DNA of 64,000 nt from Candidatus Aldehydirespiratoraceae bacterium (lineage in GTDB: Bacteria > Actinomycetota > Acidimicrobiia > Acidimicrobiales > Aldehydirespiratoraceae), in assembly GCA_965208435.1 (NCBI GenBank), contig OZ242337.1, positions 960,998 through 1,024,997 on the forward strand, read 5' to 3'. Within the stretch, counting starts at the first letter, position 1. Every line of letters begins with the position of its first letter. Shown piece by piece: positions 15,707-25,462 of the stretch. The notes beneath the pieces were generated by a model. The model was not told where the DNA came from. It did no database searches and worked only from the letters and a program-made list of their open reading frames with translations. The position numbers were made by a program, and so were the translations under genes.

Positions 15707-18349
15707 TCAATGCTCAGCAACCAAAGTCTCGATGAAGTTGTAGGTCGTCTGGGCGACGGCTGACCAATCGGTATCGGCCTGCCTCGCGGTTGCCGCTGCG
15801 CCGGCGGTCGCCAGATCGCCATCGCTCAGCGCGTCGATGCAGGCAGCGAGGTCGGTGACCGTTGATCCGTAGTAGATCCCGGCTCCTCCGAGAGCCTCGT
15901 GGAGGTATCCCCAATCGGAGGCCAGGCTCGGCAGCCTGGTTCCGATGGCATCGGCGACCACGCCGGTGGTCAGCATTCCTTCGCTGAACGGCAGAACCAG
16001 GGCGTCGAGCGAGAAGAGTCGACGGGCGTAGACTTCCAGGTCGACCAGTTCGTACCGTTCGGCCACAACGATCCGGTCATCGTCTGGCACCTGCTCGTCG
16101 CCCATAGACCAGACACAGAGTTGCACATCGTCGCGACTGCACCGATGGACCGCGTCGATCACCAGTTGCACGTCCTTCTCTCGGCGGGGTGCGCCGACGA
16201 CACCGAGTCGCAGGCCTGCAGGCGACAGACCGAGGCTCTCCTCGGCATCGGAGCGGCCTCCGGGGGGCCTCAATGGCTCCAAACGCTGCCCCCAATGCCC
16301 ATGGGGAGCGACCAGGTGGCGAGTGTGGGCACCGTAGCCGTAGTCGGATTCCATCACCGCTCGGCCATAGCTGCTGTGATGGACGACGCCGTCGGCCTCC
16401 GAGCACCAGATCTCGTAGATCTCACGCGCCCCCGAGACGTAGTGCGGCTTGCGGTTGTGTTGAGTCCACAGAATCGGCAGGCCCGCGGCGCGAAGATTGG
16501 CGATCACTTCCCGGGTTCGGGCCGGATCGGTTCCGACGGACCACTCCGGCCAGTGCAGATGGAACAGGTCGAATTCATACAGCGCAGCGGGGTCGTCCAA
16601 CAGCCACATCGCCTCCTGGTCCGCTACCCGATCGCCGAGTGGGTCATAGAGGCTGCGGTGATACCAGTGTCCTGCCGCTGTGGCCGCAACCCGCAACTGG
16701 GGCGTGACCTTCCAGGTGAAGTTGATCTCTTCGGACGGTTCAAGGTCGATCTCGTGCACACGCACGTGCTCGTTCCAGAACGAGCGGTGTGCCAGCATTC
16801 CCGAGGTGTCGATCACTCTGGTCGTGCATCGGTGGTCGGTTTCGAACTCGACTAGGAGCTTTCGTTGGGAAGTCTCGGGGATCTGCAGCGATATCGCGTC
16901 GATGGTTTCGGGGACGCGATCGAGCCTCAGCGTCTCGGACACGACGACACTGCGCTGGTCCACTCTGTAGCTGGCACTGCGAGATCCGGCGACAGACGGA
17001 CCCGGCGAATCCGAACCTGCCGTTTCGTCCGAGGGGGTTCCCAGCGGCGTGAACTGGTTGAAGCTGACGTCGAGTCGGCCGTCACTGTGCTGGATCGAGT
17101 CTGGTGTCCCGAAGGTTGTCCACACGGTACCGTCGGCGTGAACCGCGGGAAGCATCGACGCTAGTTGGTTGTTGTTGACGGGTACTTCGAAGGTGCCGGG
17201 CCAGCGCAGCGCCGGCGTGTAGTCAACCCAGAATCCTCCGACGAAGGGCAGCACGAATTCAACACCTCTGCCGCGGTGGGCCCAGACCGAGGCATTGCTT
17301 TGCGGGTCCAGGACAACCAGGCGGTCGACCGCCCCGAAACTCACCGTTGGAGCAGCGGCATCGAGCGCTTCTGATTTCCTCAATTCGAGCGATGCCTGCA
17401 CCAGTTTCCCGAGCAGATCGAGAGTCATCTGCAACCGCCGCTGCGGACCACGGTAGAACATCGTTGAACGGTGCTGGTGGGCGTTGACGAGACCGTCCTC
17501 GAACCAGTCGCTGATGCGGTGCGCTGAGAGTTCAGCTCTGCCGAGCCAACCGCTGCGATCATCGGTCAACCCCCGCGACACCGCGATCGCGCCGAGTTCG
17601 ATGTTCATCACGACGCCGAGCGCTCCTGTTGAGCGTCCCCAGACGATCGCTCCCTCGGGTGTGGCCAAGTCGGCGACGTCGCTGAGAACCTTGCGGAATC
17701 CGCTCGACCAGGAGCTCCCAAGACGCTCTGCGAACGGTTCGGCGAACAGGTACACGTCTGGTGTGTAGATGTCGAAGTTGGCGCCACCGAAATCGTCGAT
17801 CCAACCCGTCTGGAGTCGGGTGAACAAACCGGAGACCTTGTTGATCAGGGTGTCGAGTACATCCTCGTCCGGGAGTCGGCCGAGGCGGGATCGATCAAAC
17901 TCACAGCGGGTGAGTACCACCGAATAGTTGTTGGGGAGCCCGCCTGAGGCCAGCGCTTCGAGCATCGAGGAGGAGTCGATGGCCAAAGCAGCGTTGGCCA
18001 GATCCGTCTCGCTCCAGCTTCGGAGCGCCGCGTTGTCGTCGAGCCCACCCAAGCGCAACAGAGTCTCGGCTGCTCGATAACTGTAGAAACTGTGCGTCGC
18101 GGCACCGTCGAGTTGTCGCACGATCTCGAGCGCGACGTCGGCGCACGACAGTCCCGCGACCTTCTCTACACCAGCTTCGTGCAACAGAGAGAGTGTGAAT
18201 GCCAGATCGGCTCGAGCGTCCGGGCCGACGAGGTATCCGCCGTGTACTCGCGGCAGGTCGAGACCGGGAGCGTGTTCGGACTCAAGGTCGCTCAGTACTG
18301 CTTTGGCAATGTTCAGCAGTCGTTCTGCGAGGTCGGCCGGGGTTGTCAT
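15707..18349 (-). CDS. Large hypothetical protein with an unassigned N-terminal domain and a C-terminal GT-B glycosyltransferase-like half
   Basis: An 880-aa uninterrupted ORF. The C-terminal half (LFHLHWPEW...ILWTQHN...VVHHSSYG...LVLPF) resembles GT4-like transferases. The N-terminal 550 aa are unassigned. Confidence 0.6.
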   Translation of the reverse strand: MTTPADLAERLLNIAKAVLSDLESEHAPGLDLPRVHGGYLVGPDARADLAFTLSLLHEAGVEKVAGLSCADVALEIVRQLDGAATHSFYSYRAAETLLRLGGLDDNAALRSWSETDLANAALAIDSSSMLEALASGGLPNNYSVVLTRCEFDRSRLGRLPDEDVLDTLINKVSGLFTRLQTGWIDDFGGANFDIYTPDVYLFAEPFAERLGSSWSSGFRKVLSDVADLATPEGAIVWGRSTGALGVVMNIELGAIAVSRGLTDDRSGWLGRAELSAHRISDWFEDGLVNAHQHRSTMFYRGPQRRLQMTLDLLGKLVQASLELRKSEALDAAAPTVSFGAVDRLVVLDPQSNASVWAHRGRGVEFVLPFVGGFWVDYTPALRWPGTFEVPVNNNQLASMLPAVHADGTVWTTFGTPDSIQHSDGRLDVSFNQFTPLGTPSDETAGSDSPGPSVAGSRSASYRVDQRSVVVSETLRLDRVPETIDAISLQIPETSQRKLLVEFETDHRCTTRVIDTSGMLAHRSFWNEHVRVHEIDLEPSEEINFTWKVTPQLRVAATAAGHWYHRSLYDPLGDRVADQEAMWLLDDPAALYEFDLFHLHWPEWSVGTDPARTREVIANLRAAGLPILWTQHNRKPHYVSGAREIYEIWCSEADGVVHHSSYGRAVMESDYGYGAHTRHLVAPHGHWGQRLEPLRPPGGRSDAEESLGLSPAGLRLGVVGAPRREKDVQLVIDAVHRCSRDDVQLCVWSMGDEQVPDDDRIVVAERYELVDLEVYARRLFSLDALVLPFSEGMLTTGVVADAIGTRLPSLASDWGYLHEALGGAGIYYGSTVTDLAACIDALSDGDLATAGAAATARQADTDWSAVAQTTYNFIETLVAEH

Positions 18350-18523
18350 GACAGTCGGTGAGAGATCGTGTAGGGCCGTACGCTAATACTCCGCAGCGGC
18401 TCGACCCCAACCCGACCGGCTGGGCAGACTAGGCATTCGAGGAGCAGACAATGACTGACCAAGGCGTGTTCGTGGTCGGTGCTTTGATACCGTGAATCCT
18501 GTTCATTGCAATTGTATGACAAA

Positions 18524-19783
18524 ATGTCCGGCACGTCGCGATCACCCGTAGCTTCCCCCCGAAATCGCCGCAACCGGTGGATCCGCGTCGTCGCTGCGGC
18601 CGTGGTTTTCGTTTCCCTCACGACGACGGGCCCCATGGCGCTCGCGCAGAATCAAACACCGGACGAAATTCGCCGGGAAAACGAAGAACGCAGAGAGAGG
18701 CAAAGGCAAGCGAAGGAGGATGCGGCGGAGAACCAGGGCGAGATCGATGTGCTGACCCAGGACATCGACGAGTTGGTGAGTGCCTTCCAGACTCTCGAAG
18801 CAGCCCGCGACAGTGCCCAGGAAGCCGTCGACGCAGCCCGCAGAAAACTGGAGGAAGCACTCGCGGAGCAGGCCAGAACAGAGGCGAGGATCGCCGAGCT
18901 TGAGGACGAGGTCGCCGAGACCGAACTGTTGTTGCAACAATCAGCCGTCAACGCTTTCACCTCGTTTCAAGGGCCCAACAGCGAGCAGACTGCTTTGAGT
19001 TCGGACCCTTGGCAGCACGCACGCAACCAGGCGTTGCGCAGCTTCGCGAACCGCAGCACCGAGGATCTCCTCGACGCATTTCGAGGCCGGGCAGCTGAAC
19101 TCGAAGCGCTGCGGGAGGAATCGGACCGTTACGTCAACGAACTGGAACAACTGCGCAACGAGGCACTTGAACGAGAAGACAATTTCAACAGGGCTGTTGC
19201 CCGCGAGGACGACGCCCTCGAGCAGATCAACCAACGACTGGACCGTCGTCTCGCTGAAGCAGCCGCCATCGAACACTTGGATGCACAACTCGCCGCAGAG
19301 ATCCGGTCTGGTGAACAACAACTCGCAACAGCAATCGCCCGTGCCGAGGCACTCAGGCGGGCACAGACCATCACCCGCCCACCGAACGCGGATTTTGACT
19401 TGACGACCGTGCAGGGGATTACGGTCAATGTTCTCATCGCCGAGGAACTCGACGGATTTCTGAACGCAATGGCGGCCGAGGGATTCGACCTGTTCGGTAG
19501 CGGATACCGCACCAACTCCAGGCAGATCGAACTTCGCAAGGAGCATTGTGGGACTTCTGACTACGCCGTTTATCAGATGCCATCGTCGCAATGCAGTCCG
19601 CCCACTGCAAGGCCCGGATTCTCGATGCACGAAGTAGGTCTGGCTGTGGACTTCATATACAACGGCGGGCTGATCAGGAGCCAGAATACAGCTGTGTTCC
19701 AAGCCATGGCCCGGATCGCGCCGGACTACGGGCTCCTGAATCTGCCCAGCGAGCCCTGGCACTGGTCGACCACCGGCCAGTAG
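18524..19783 (+). CDS. Secreted coiled-coil protein with a C-terminal M15B (VanY-type) D-Ala-D-Ala carboxypeptidase domain
   Basis: Has a signal/TM segment (WIRVVAAAVVFVSLTTTGPMALAQ) and a long heptad-like Glu/Arg/Ala region. M15B motifs are SGYRTNSRQ, SMHEVGLAVDF and EPWHW. Confidence 0.8.
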   Translation: MSGTSRSPVASPRNRRNRWIRVVAAAVVFVSLTTTGPMALAQNQTPDEIRRENEERRERQRQAKEDAAENQGEIDVLTQDIDELVSAFQTLEAARDSAQEAVDAARRKLEEALAEQARTEARIAELEDEVAETELLLQQSAVNAFTSFQGPNSEQTALSSDPWQHARNQALRSFANRSTEDLLDAFRGRAAELEALREESDRYVNELEQLRNEALEREDNFNRAVAREDDALEQINQRLDRRLAEAAAIEHLDAQLAAEIRSGEQQLATAIARAEALRRAQTITRPPNADFDLTTVQGITVNVLIAEELDGFLNAMAAEGFDLFGSGYRTNSRQIELRKEHCGTSDYAVYQMPSSQCSPPTARPGFSMHEVGLAVDFIYNGGLIRSQNTAVFQAMARIAPDYGLLNLPSEPWHWSTTGQ

Positions 19784-19808
19784 GCAGTTCGCCGAGCCTG
19801 AGCATGTG

Positions 19809-20987
19809 CTATCGAGACGTTGCAGCGACCGCTTCGGCTGGGCGGCCCGCTATCAGACCGTCAACGCCTCTACCGAGGAGATCGGCGTAGAACTCGCGGG
19901 TCTCGACCACATCGGTTCCGCTCAGCCACACCCATACGTATCGACCCTCGTTGTGGATCCTCTCGGTCAGTTCCGAGGTGACGACCTCCACTCCCTCGAA
20001 GGTCAACGGGACCTGCAGCACGTCATACCGGGGATCGAGGGGCACTCCCGACAGGAACCAGGCGAGCATCGTCTCGAGTCCGGGGCTGGTGGCGACGCTG
20101 GGAGCAAGTTCGTTGAGCGCGGCCAGCGTCGCGTCGTTGAAGGAACTGACGATCACCGACAGCTCGCGGTCCAGTTCGGTGATCTCCGCGGCGAGCACCT
20201 CCGCCGCGGAGATGCCGGTGCTGGGATCGGGCTCACCGTCGGGGGTGTCCTGGATCTTGATCTCGACGTCGAGCACATGATTCGGGAACCGTTGGGCCAC
20301 CTCGGAGAACGTCGCCACCGAGAAGTCGTCGGGTTCGAATCCCTCGGGCGGTTCAACCTCCCCGGTGCGCACCCCGCGAAAGACGTACTCTTCGTCCGGC
20401 CGGGTCTGGTCTCCCCAATAACCGGGCGCGAACCAGTACGCGTTGTCGAGCGCCTTGATCTCCGCCAGTGTCAACTCGGCCACTCGACCGGTTGTTTCGG
20501 TGGTGCGGTCGACGGTGTCGTCGTGCTGCACGATGAGGACACCGTCGGCGGTCAACTGCACGTCAAGCTCAAGGATGTCAGCGCCGACTGCGGCTGCCTG
20601 GGCATACGCGTAGATCGTTGAATGCGGATAGTCCTGGTCGCCGCCCGCATGGGCGATCACCAGGGGGCGGTCGAGCGCGAGGAGCCCGTCGAGCGTCGTC
20701 AGCAGGGACTGGGGCGCCTCGGCCTTGGTTGTTGTGGAGGGGGTCGTCGTCGTTGTCATCGTTGCCGTGGACGTCGTGGGGGGCGCGGCTGTGGTGGTGG
20801 TCAGATCCGACGTGGTGACGCTCGGCGTCGTGGTCGTCGTCGTCGACGCCGATGCTGATGGTGACGCCTGGGGCTCAGACAGTTCTCGGCTCTGATCGTC
20901 GTCGCCGGCGCACCCCGCAACAGACAACGCGGCAACCAGCGCCGCGGCAACCATCGCCAACGGGCCGAACCAACGCCGCCGAGCCAT
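19809..20987 (-). CDS. Glycerophosphodiester phosphodiesterase lipoprotein
   Basis: Has the lipobox LSVAGC after MARRRWFGPLAMVAAALVAA and a Thr-rich linker. GDPD motifs are VIAHAGG and LELDVQLTADGVLIVQHDDTVDRTT. Upstream alternative starts at 21059 and 21101 are possible. Confidence 0.85.
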   Translation of the reverse strand: MARRRWFGPLAMVAAALVAALSVAGCAGDDDQSRELSEPQASPSASASTTTTTTPSVTTSDLTTTTAAPPTTSTATMTTTTTPSTTTKAEAPQSLLTTLDGLLALDRPLVIAHAGGDQDYPHSTIYAYAQAAAVGADILELDVQLTADGVLIVQHDDTVDRTTETTGRVAELTLAEIKALDNAYWFAPGYWGDQTRPDEEYVFRGVRTGEVEPPEGFEPDDFSVATFSEVAQRFPNHVLDVEIKIQDTPDGEPDPSTGISAAEVLAAEITELDRELSVIVSSFNDATLAALNELAPSVATSPGLETMLAWFLSGVPLDPRYDVLQVPLTFEGVEVVTSELTERIHNEGRYVWVWLSGTDVVETREFYADLLGRGVDGLIAGRPAEAVAATSR

Positions 20988-21107
20988 CGACCGTGAACCG
21001 ACCGCTGCCTGTTGTTGTGCATCTGACTGTGCGTCGCTATCCGTCGTCGATGCCCACATCGTTCGCCCACATCGTTCAGATTCTGGGGCAGACGGTATCA
21101 TGCCGGT

Positions 21108-22127
21108 ATGCCGTCCACATTGTTCAGCCTTCTCAAAAACTCAGTCTCGCGCGACGAGGTGGCACGCACTGCCGAGGAGCACGAGAACCGGTTCGACACC
21201 ACCGGAGACGACGACCCGAGGGAGACCGGCAACCACGGGCTCGTCACCGACTACTACAAACTCGCCACCGACTTCTACGAGTACGGCTGGGGCAAGTCCT
21301 TCCATTTCGCGCCGCGGCATTCAAATGAGAGCTTCGAAGCTTCTCTGGCCCGCCATCAGCACTTCATCGCCCACAAGCTCGGCCTCAAACCCGGTATGCG
21401 TGTGGCCGACTTCGGTTGTGGTGTCGGCGGTCCGCTGCGAGAGATCGTCAGCTTCTCCGGTGCCAACGTGGTCGGGATCAACATCAGTTCGTACCAACTA
21501 GATCTTGCACGCAAGTACACCGATGAGGCCGGGCTGGGCGACTCAGCGGAATACCTCGAGTGCAACTTCATGGACGTTGACGCTCCCGACAGCTCCTTCG
21601 ACGCCGTCTACGCGATCGAGGCGACGGTTCATTCACCCGATGCCGTCGCCGTGTTCAGCGAAGCTCAGCGTCTGCTGAAGCATGGTGGCCGCTTCGCCTC
21701 ATACGAGTGGTGCCTCACCGACAAGTTCGACGCGGATGATCCGCACCACGTCCAACTCAAGAAGGACATCGAGTTCGGTGCAGCGACGCCGGGCCTGCGT
21801 TACACACATGAAGTGGACGCGGCTATAGAGCAGTCCGGCCTCGAACTCATCGAGACACGCGACCTCGCAGACCAGACTGCAGCCGGTATTCCGTGGTATC
21901 AGCCATTGGTCGGATCCGGCATCTCCCTGTCCGGGTTCCGCAGCTCGCATGTGGGCCGGGCAGTGACCGACCGCTCGCTGCGCGCGTTGGAGAAGGTCAA
22001 GGTCGTCCCCGCCGGAGCGTCAGAGGTTGCTCGACTCCTCAATGTCGCCGCGGACGCCCTCGCGGAGGGAGGCCGACTGGAGATCTTCACGCCGATGTAC
22101 TTCGTGCTTGCCCGAAAGCCCGAGTAA
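21108..22127 (+). CDS. Sterol 24-C-methyltransferase (Erg6/SMT)-like SAM-dependent methyltransferase
   Basis: End-to-end resemblance to yeast Erg6 as I recall it. Shared motifs are YYKLATDFYEYGWGKSFHFAP, VADFGCGVGGP, VYAIEATVHSPD, YEWCLTDKFD, IPWYQPL and IFTPMYFVLARKPE. Confidence 0.85.
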   Translation: MPSTLFSLLKNSVSRDEVARTAEEHENRFDTTGDDDPRETGNHGLVTDYYKLATDFYEYGWGKSFHFAPRHSNESFEASLARHQHFIAHKLGLKPGMRVADFGCGVGGPLREIVSFSGANVVGINISSYQLDLARKYTDEAGLGDSAEYLECNFMDVDAPDSSFDAVYAIEATVHSPDAVAVFSEAQRLLKHGGRFASYEWCLTDKFDADDPHHVQLKKDIEFGAATPGLRYTHEVDAAIEQSGLELIETRDLADQTAAGIPWYQPLVGSGISLSGFRSSHVGRAVTDRSLRALEKVKVVPAGASEVARLLNVAADALAEGGRLEIFTPMYFVLARKPE

Positions 22128-22149
22128 CCGAGCCTCAACCAGCACGCTG

Positions 22150-23274
22150 TCAGTCGGTAGCGAGCAGCGCCTGGGTGCGTTCCAGCGAATCGACGCACTC
22201 CTCCACAAGTTCAAAGATGACGTCGGCGCTGCGCTTCACCCTGTTCATCGAGCCGACGATCTGACCCACCGGGTTGAAGGCGACCTGCTGGGCCTTGTCG
22301 GGATAGCGGCCGCTTCTCGCCATCGCCTCACGCACGGCCATCATCTGCAGCGGCATCCCCAACGTGTCGGGGGTGTCCGGCCGTTCCCATGCCTCGGTCC
22401 AGTCGTTGCGGAGCATTCGACAGGGCTTTCCGGTGTATGAGCGGGAGCGCACCGTGTCCTTGCTCGTCGCATCCAGATAGGACTGGATCTGGGCGGGAGA
22501 TCCCGCCGCTTCCTCGACAGCCAGCCACAGCGAACCGGTCCATACACCCGCAGCTCCCATGGCCAGCGCAGCCGCCATCTGGCGACCCGACCCGATACCC
22601 CCCGCCGCGAGCATCGGTACCGGCGAGATCGCATCGATGACCTGGGGCCACAACACCATCGAACCGATGTCTCCGGTGTGGCCGCCTCCCTCGTACCCCT
22701 GGGCGATCACAAAATCAAGGCCCGCCGCGGCGTGGCGGCTCGCCTGTGCCGAGGTACCGCAGAGTGCCCCGACCGCACGGCCGCTCGCCTGGATCTGTTC
22801 GACGAGGTCCGGCGGCGGAGTCCCCAGAGCGTTGGCAACCATTACCACGTTGTCGTGACGCAGGATCTCCTCGACCTGGGGAACCGCGGTGGCAGCGTTC
22901 CAGCCCATCAGTCCGCTGCCGAGCTCCTCGTCGGGAGGCAACTCGGGGACGTCGTGCTTTTCGAGCATCTCCCTGACGAACTGGCGGTGTTCGTCTGGGA
23001 TCATCGACTGGAGTTGTCCGGTCAACTTGCCGAGGTCCATCTCCTGAGCGCCGTCGTATTTGGCGGGCAGGACGATGTCCACGCCATAGGGCTTGTCGCC
23101 GATGTGCTCGTCAATCCATTCGAGCTCGATTCTCAGTTGTTCAACACTGAACCCGACCGCGCCCAGGACTCCCAGTCCGCCGGCCCTGCTCACCGCGACC
23201 ACCACATCACGGCAGTGTGTGAACGCATAGATCGGAAACTCGATACCGAACCGTTGTGTCAAGTCGTTCTGCAT
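22150..23274 (-). CDS. Nitronate monooxygenase / NAD(P)H-dependent flavin oxidoreductase (NPD family)
   Basis: Has the FMN-binding GGIGSGRQMAAALAMGAAGVWTGS and the N-terminal IEFPIYAFTH. Confidence 0.85.
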   Translation of the reverse strand: MQNDLTQRFGIEFPIYAFTHCRDVVVAVSRAGGLGVLGAVGFSVEQLRIELEWIDEHIGDKPYGVDIVLPAKYDGAQEMDLGKLTGQLQSMIPDEHRQFVREMLEKHDVPELPPDEELGSGLMGWNAATAVPQVEEILRHDNVVMVANALGTPPPDLVEQIQASGRAVGALCGTSAQASRHAAAGLDFVIAQGYEGGGHTGDIGSMVLWPQVIDAISPVPMLAAGGIGSGRQMAAALAMGAAGVWTGSLWLAVEEAAGSPAQIQSYLDATSKDTVRSRSYTGKPCRMLRNDWTEAWERPDTPDTLGMPLQMMAVREAMARSGRYPDKAQQVAFNPVGQIVGSMNRVKRSADVIFELVEECVDSLERTQALLATD

Positions 23275-23300
23275 GTTTCCAACCTACGCGCGTTGCTTGC

Positions 23301-23431
23301 GCCGGGCGCAGCCGGAGCCGGATCAAACTTCGCCGGGCGCAGCCGGAGCCGCGACCGCTATCGCCGCGCGAGACCGGAGCGTCCCGCTGAAATCCCACAA
23401 GCCTGACCCCGCGGCTCCGGCTGCGCCCGGC
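23301..23431. repeat. 20-bp GC-rich element in three copies (two direct, one inverted)
   Basis: gccgggcgcagccggagccg occurs at 23301-23320 and 23332-23351. Its exact reverse complement occurs at 23412-23431. Confidence 0.9.
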
Positions 23432-23446
23432 AACAAAACAGCCTGA

Positions 23447-24427
23447 TCAGTCGTCTTGGAGGGCTGGGATCACGCGATCGACCGTTAGCTCAACGGACTC
23501 CCAGGCCGAATCGATCGGCATGCCCCCGACCAACGGGTGAAGCGAGAGGGCCCCCGTCTCGCGGGCCCGCTTCACCGCCTGATCCGGGGTCAGGAACTGA
23601 TAGATCCCCTCCTCACGCAGTTCCTGCTGGTTGGTGGCATGGGTATGGACCGCGGAGGTCTGCCCCGGTGGTTGCCACGAATCGTAGACGGACGCTTCGA
23701 GCCAGAAGTGTTTCCCGAGCTTGGCCCAAGCCTCATCAGGATCGTCGACCACATGGATCATGGCCACCTGCTCGGGTGAGATACAGAACCCCTGCGTACC
23801 CTGCCTCTCGCATTCGGCGTAATACAGTGCCTCGACCTCAGGGTTGGGGGCGGGAAGCTGGAGCGGCAGACCCAGGCGGGCCGCACGCTTCGCTGCGGCC
23901 GGGCCCGAACCACCGATCATCACCATGGGATGCGGGCGGGTGTAGGGCATGGGACCGACCTTGATCGTCGCGCCGTTGTATTCGAACTCCTCCCCCGACC
24001 AGACCTTCTGCATGGTCTCGAGGGCATGGTCTAGGATCTTGCCGCGGCGACTCCAGTCCTTTTGAACAGCCGCGTACTCCGCGGGGCGGTAACCGAGCCC
24101 TGTGGTGATCGAGATCCGGCCCCTGCTCATCAGGTCGATCACCGCCAACTCCTGTGCCAGGCGCACCGGATCATGCAGCGGGACGAGCAGCGCGGTGATC
24201 GCCACCGACAGATTCTGCGTTCGGTTGAGAATCATCGCCGCGTTGAGCAGAGGCGTGGGGCTCCAACCGATGTCTGTGGCTTGGTGCTCCTCAAGGCTCA
24301 CCATCGCGAAACCGTTCTTGTCAACGTATTCGGCGAGGTCGAAACCGGCACGGTAGCGGTCGCTCATGTGGTTGGGGTCGGTCGGGTCCGGGTGCACGAA
24401 GTTGAGCCGCATCATCATGAAAGCCAC
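23447..24427 (-). CDS. LLM class flavin-dependent oxidoreductase
   Basis: Family-level resemblance across the full length. Confidence 0.8.
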   Translation of the reverse strand: MAFMMMRLNFVHPDPTDPNHMSDRYRAGFDLAEYVDKNGFAMVSLEEHQATDIGWSPTPLLNAAMILNRTQNLSVAITALLVPLHDPVRLAQELAVIDLMSRGRISITTGLGYRPAEYAAVQKDWSRRGKILDHALETMQKVWSGEEFEYNGATIKVGPMPYTRPHPMVMIGGSGPAAAKRAARLGLPLQLPAPNPEVEALYYAECERQGTQGFCISPEQVAMIHVVDDPDEAWAKLGKHFWLEASVYDSWQPPGQTSAVHTHATNQQELREEGIYQFLTPDQAVKRARETGALSLHPLVGGMPIDSAWESVELTVDRVIPALQDD

Positions 24428-24589
24428 AGCAGAACGCTCCTTGGGTATGGGGTCGGATCAATCAGCGAACGGCGCCAGAACACCGCGACGCTCACCTGGC
24501 GTGAATGTAACCGGCATAGCGACTTGCACACCGGTGCTCAGTCTTGTTTGACTTGCCGACGAAACACAATCGACGACCGGAGAAATACC

Positions 24590-25441
24590 ATGACCATGGA
24601 CCTGTTCCGATATGACGGCAAACGCGTAGTCGTTGTTGGCGGAGCTACAGGAATGGGAGCCTCGACGGCGCGTTTGGCCGTCGAGGCGGGCGCGGAAGTC
24701 GTGGTTGTCGATGTTGCAGAGGTTGCGTACGACTGTGCCCAGTCAATCCGGGCGGACCTTCGCAACCAGAGCGAGGTCGATGCCGCTATTGAAGCAATCG
24801 ACGGTCCAGTCCATGCGGTGTTCGCCTGCGCCGGTGTGGCAGACGGAACGCCTGGAATAATGCTCATCAACTTCACCAGCCAACGTCATCTGATCGAGCG
24901 GATGGTCGCAGACGGCAAGCTGGTCTCCGGTGGCTCAGTCGCCTTGATCTCTTCAGTTGCGGGCCTGGGCTGGCGCAAGAACATTGAGCAGGCGAAGGAC
25001 TTTCTCGCCAGCGCCGACTGGGACGCCGCAGCCGCGTGGACTCAAGCGCACCCCGAAACCGACACCTACAGTTTCAGCAAAGAGGTAATCAACTGCTACG
25101 TCGCCCAGCAGGGATTCCCGTTGCTCACCAAGGGGATCCGGATCAACGCGATCCTCCCCGGTCCCACGGACACCCCACTGGCCAGGGCCAACGCCGATTT
25201 ATGGCTCACCTTCGGCGCGGACTACCGCGAAGCGACCAATGCCCCGACTCTGCAGCCCGACCAGATGGCCTCCACGATGATCTTCCTGTGCTCCGAAGCT
25301 GCCAGCGGCATCAACGGTGTGACTCTGCTGGTGGACCAAGGACATGTGAGCGCTTCTCTCATAGACGCCTTCGATGCCCCCCTCGTGAAGATGATCGCCG
25401 GTGAGATGGAGTTCGACCTCGCAGTTCTCGGCTTCGAGTAG
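24590..25441 (+). CDS. SDR family oxidoreductase
   Basis: Has VVVVGGATGMGAST. The ATG at 24590 follows a non-homologous read-through extension in the ORF track. Confidence 0.8.
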   Translation: MTMDLFRYDGKRVVVVGGATGMGASTARLAVEAGAEVVVVDVAEVAYDCAQSIRADLRNQSEVDAAIEAIDGPVHAVFACAGVADGTPGIMLINFTSQRHLIERMVADGKLVSGGSVALISSVAGLGWRKNIEQAKDFLASADWDAAAAWTQAHPETDTYSFSKEVINCYVAQQGFPLLTKGIRINAILPGPTDTPLARANADLWLTFGADYREATNAPTLQPDQMASTMIFLCSEAASGINGVTLLVDQGHVSASLIDAFDAPLVKMIAGEMEFDLAVLGFE

Positions 25442-25462
25442 CCCTCAGCCGACCGCCGACGG

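Noticed and set aside
20730-20840. Thr-codon-rich tract as a regulatory repeat (also 11540-11650)
   Set aside because: These tracts encode Thr/Pro linkers of secreted proteins. They are low-complexity coding sequence rather than independent elements.
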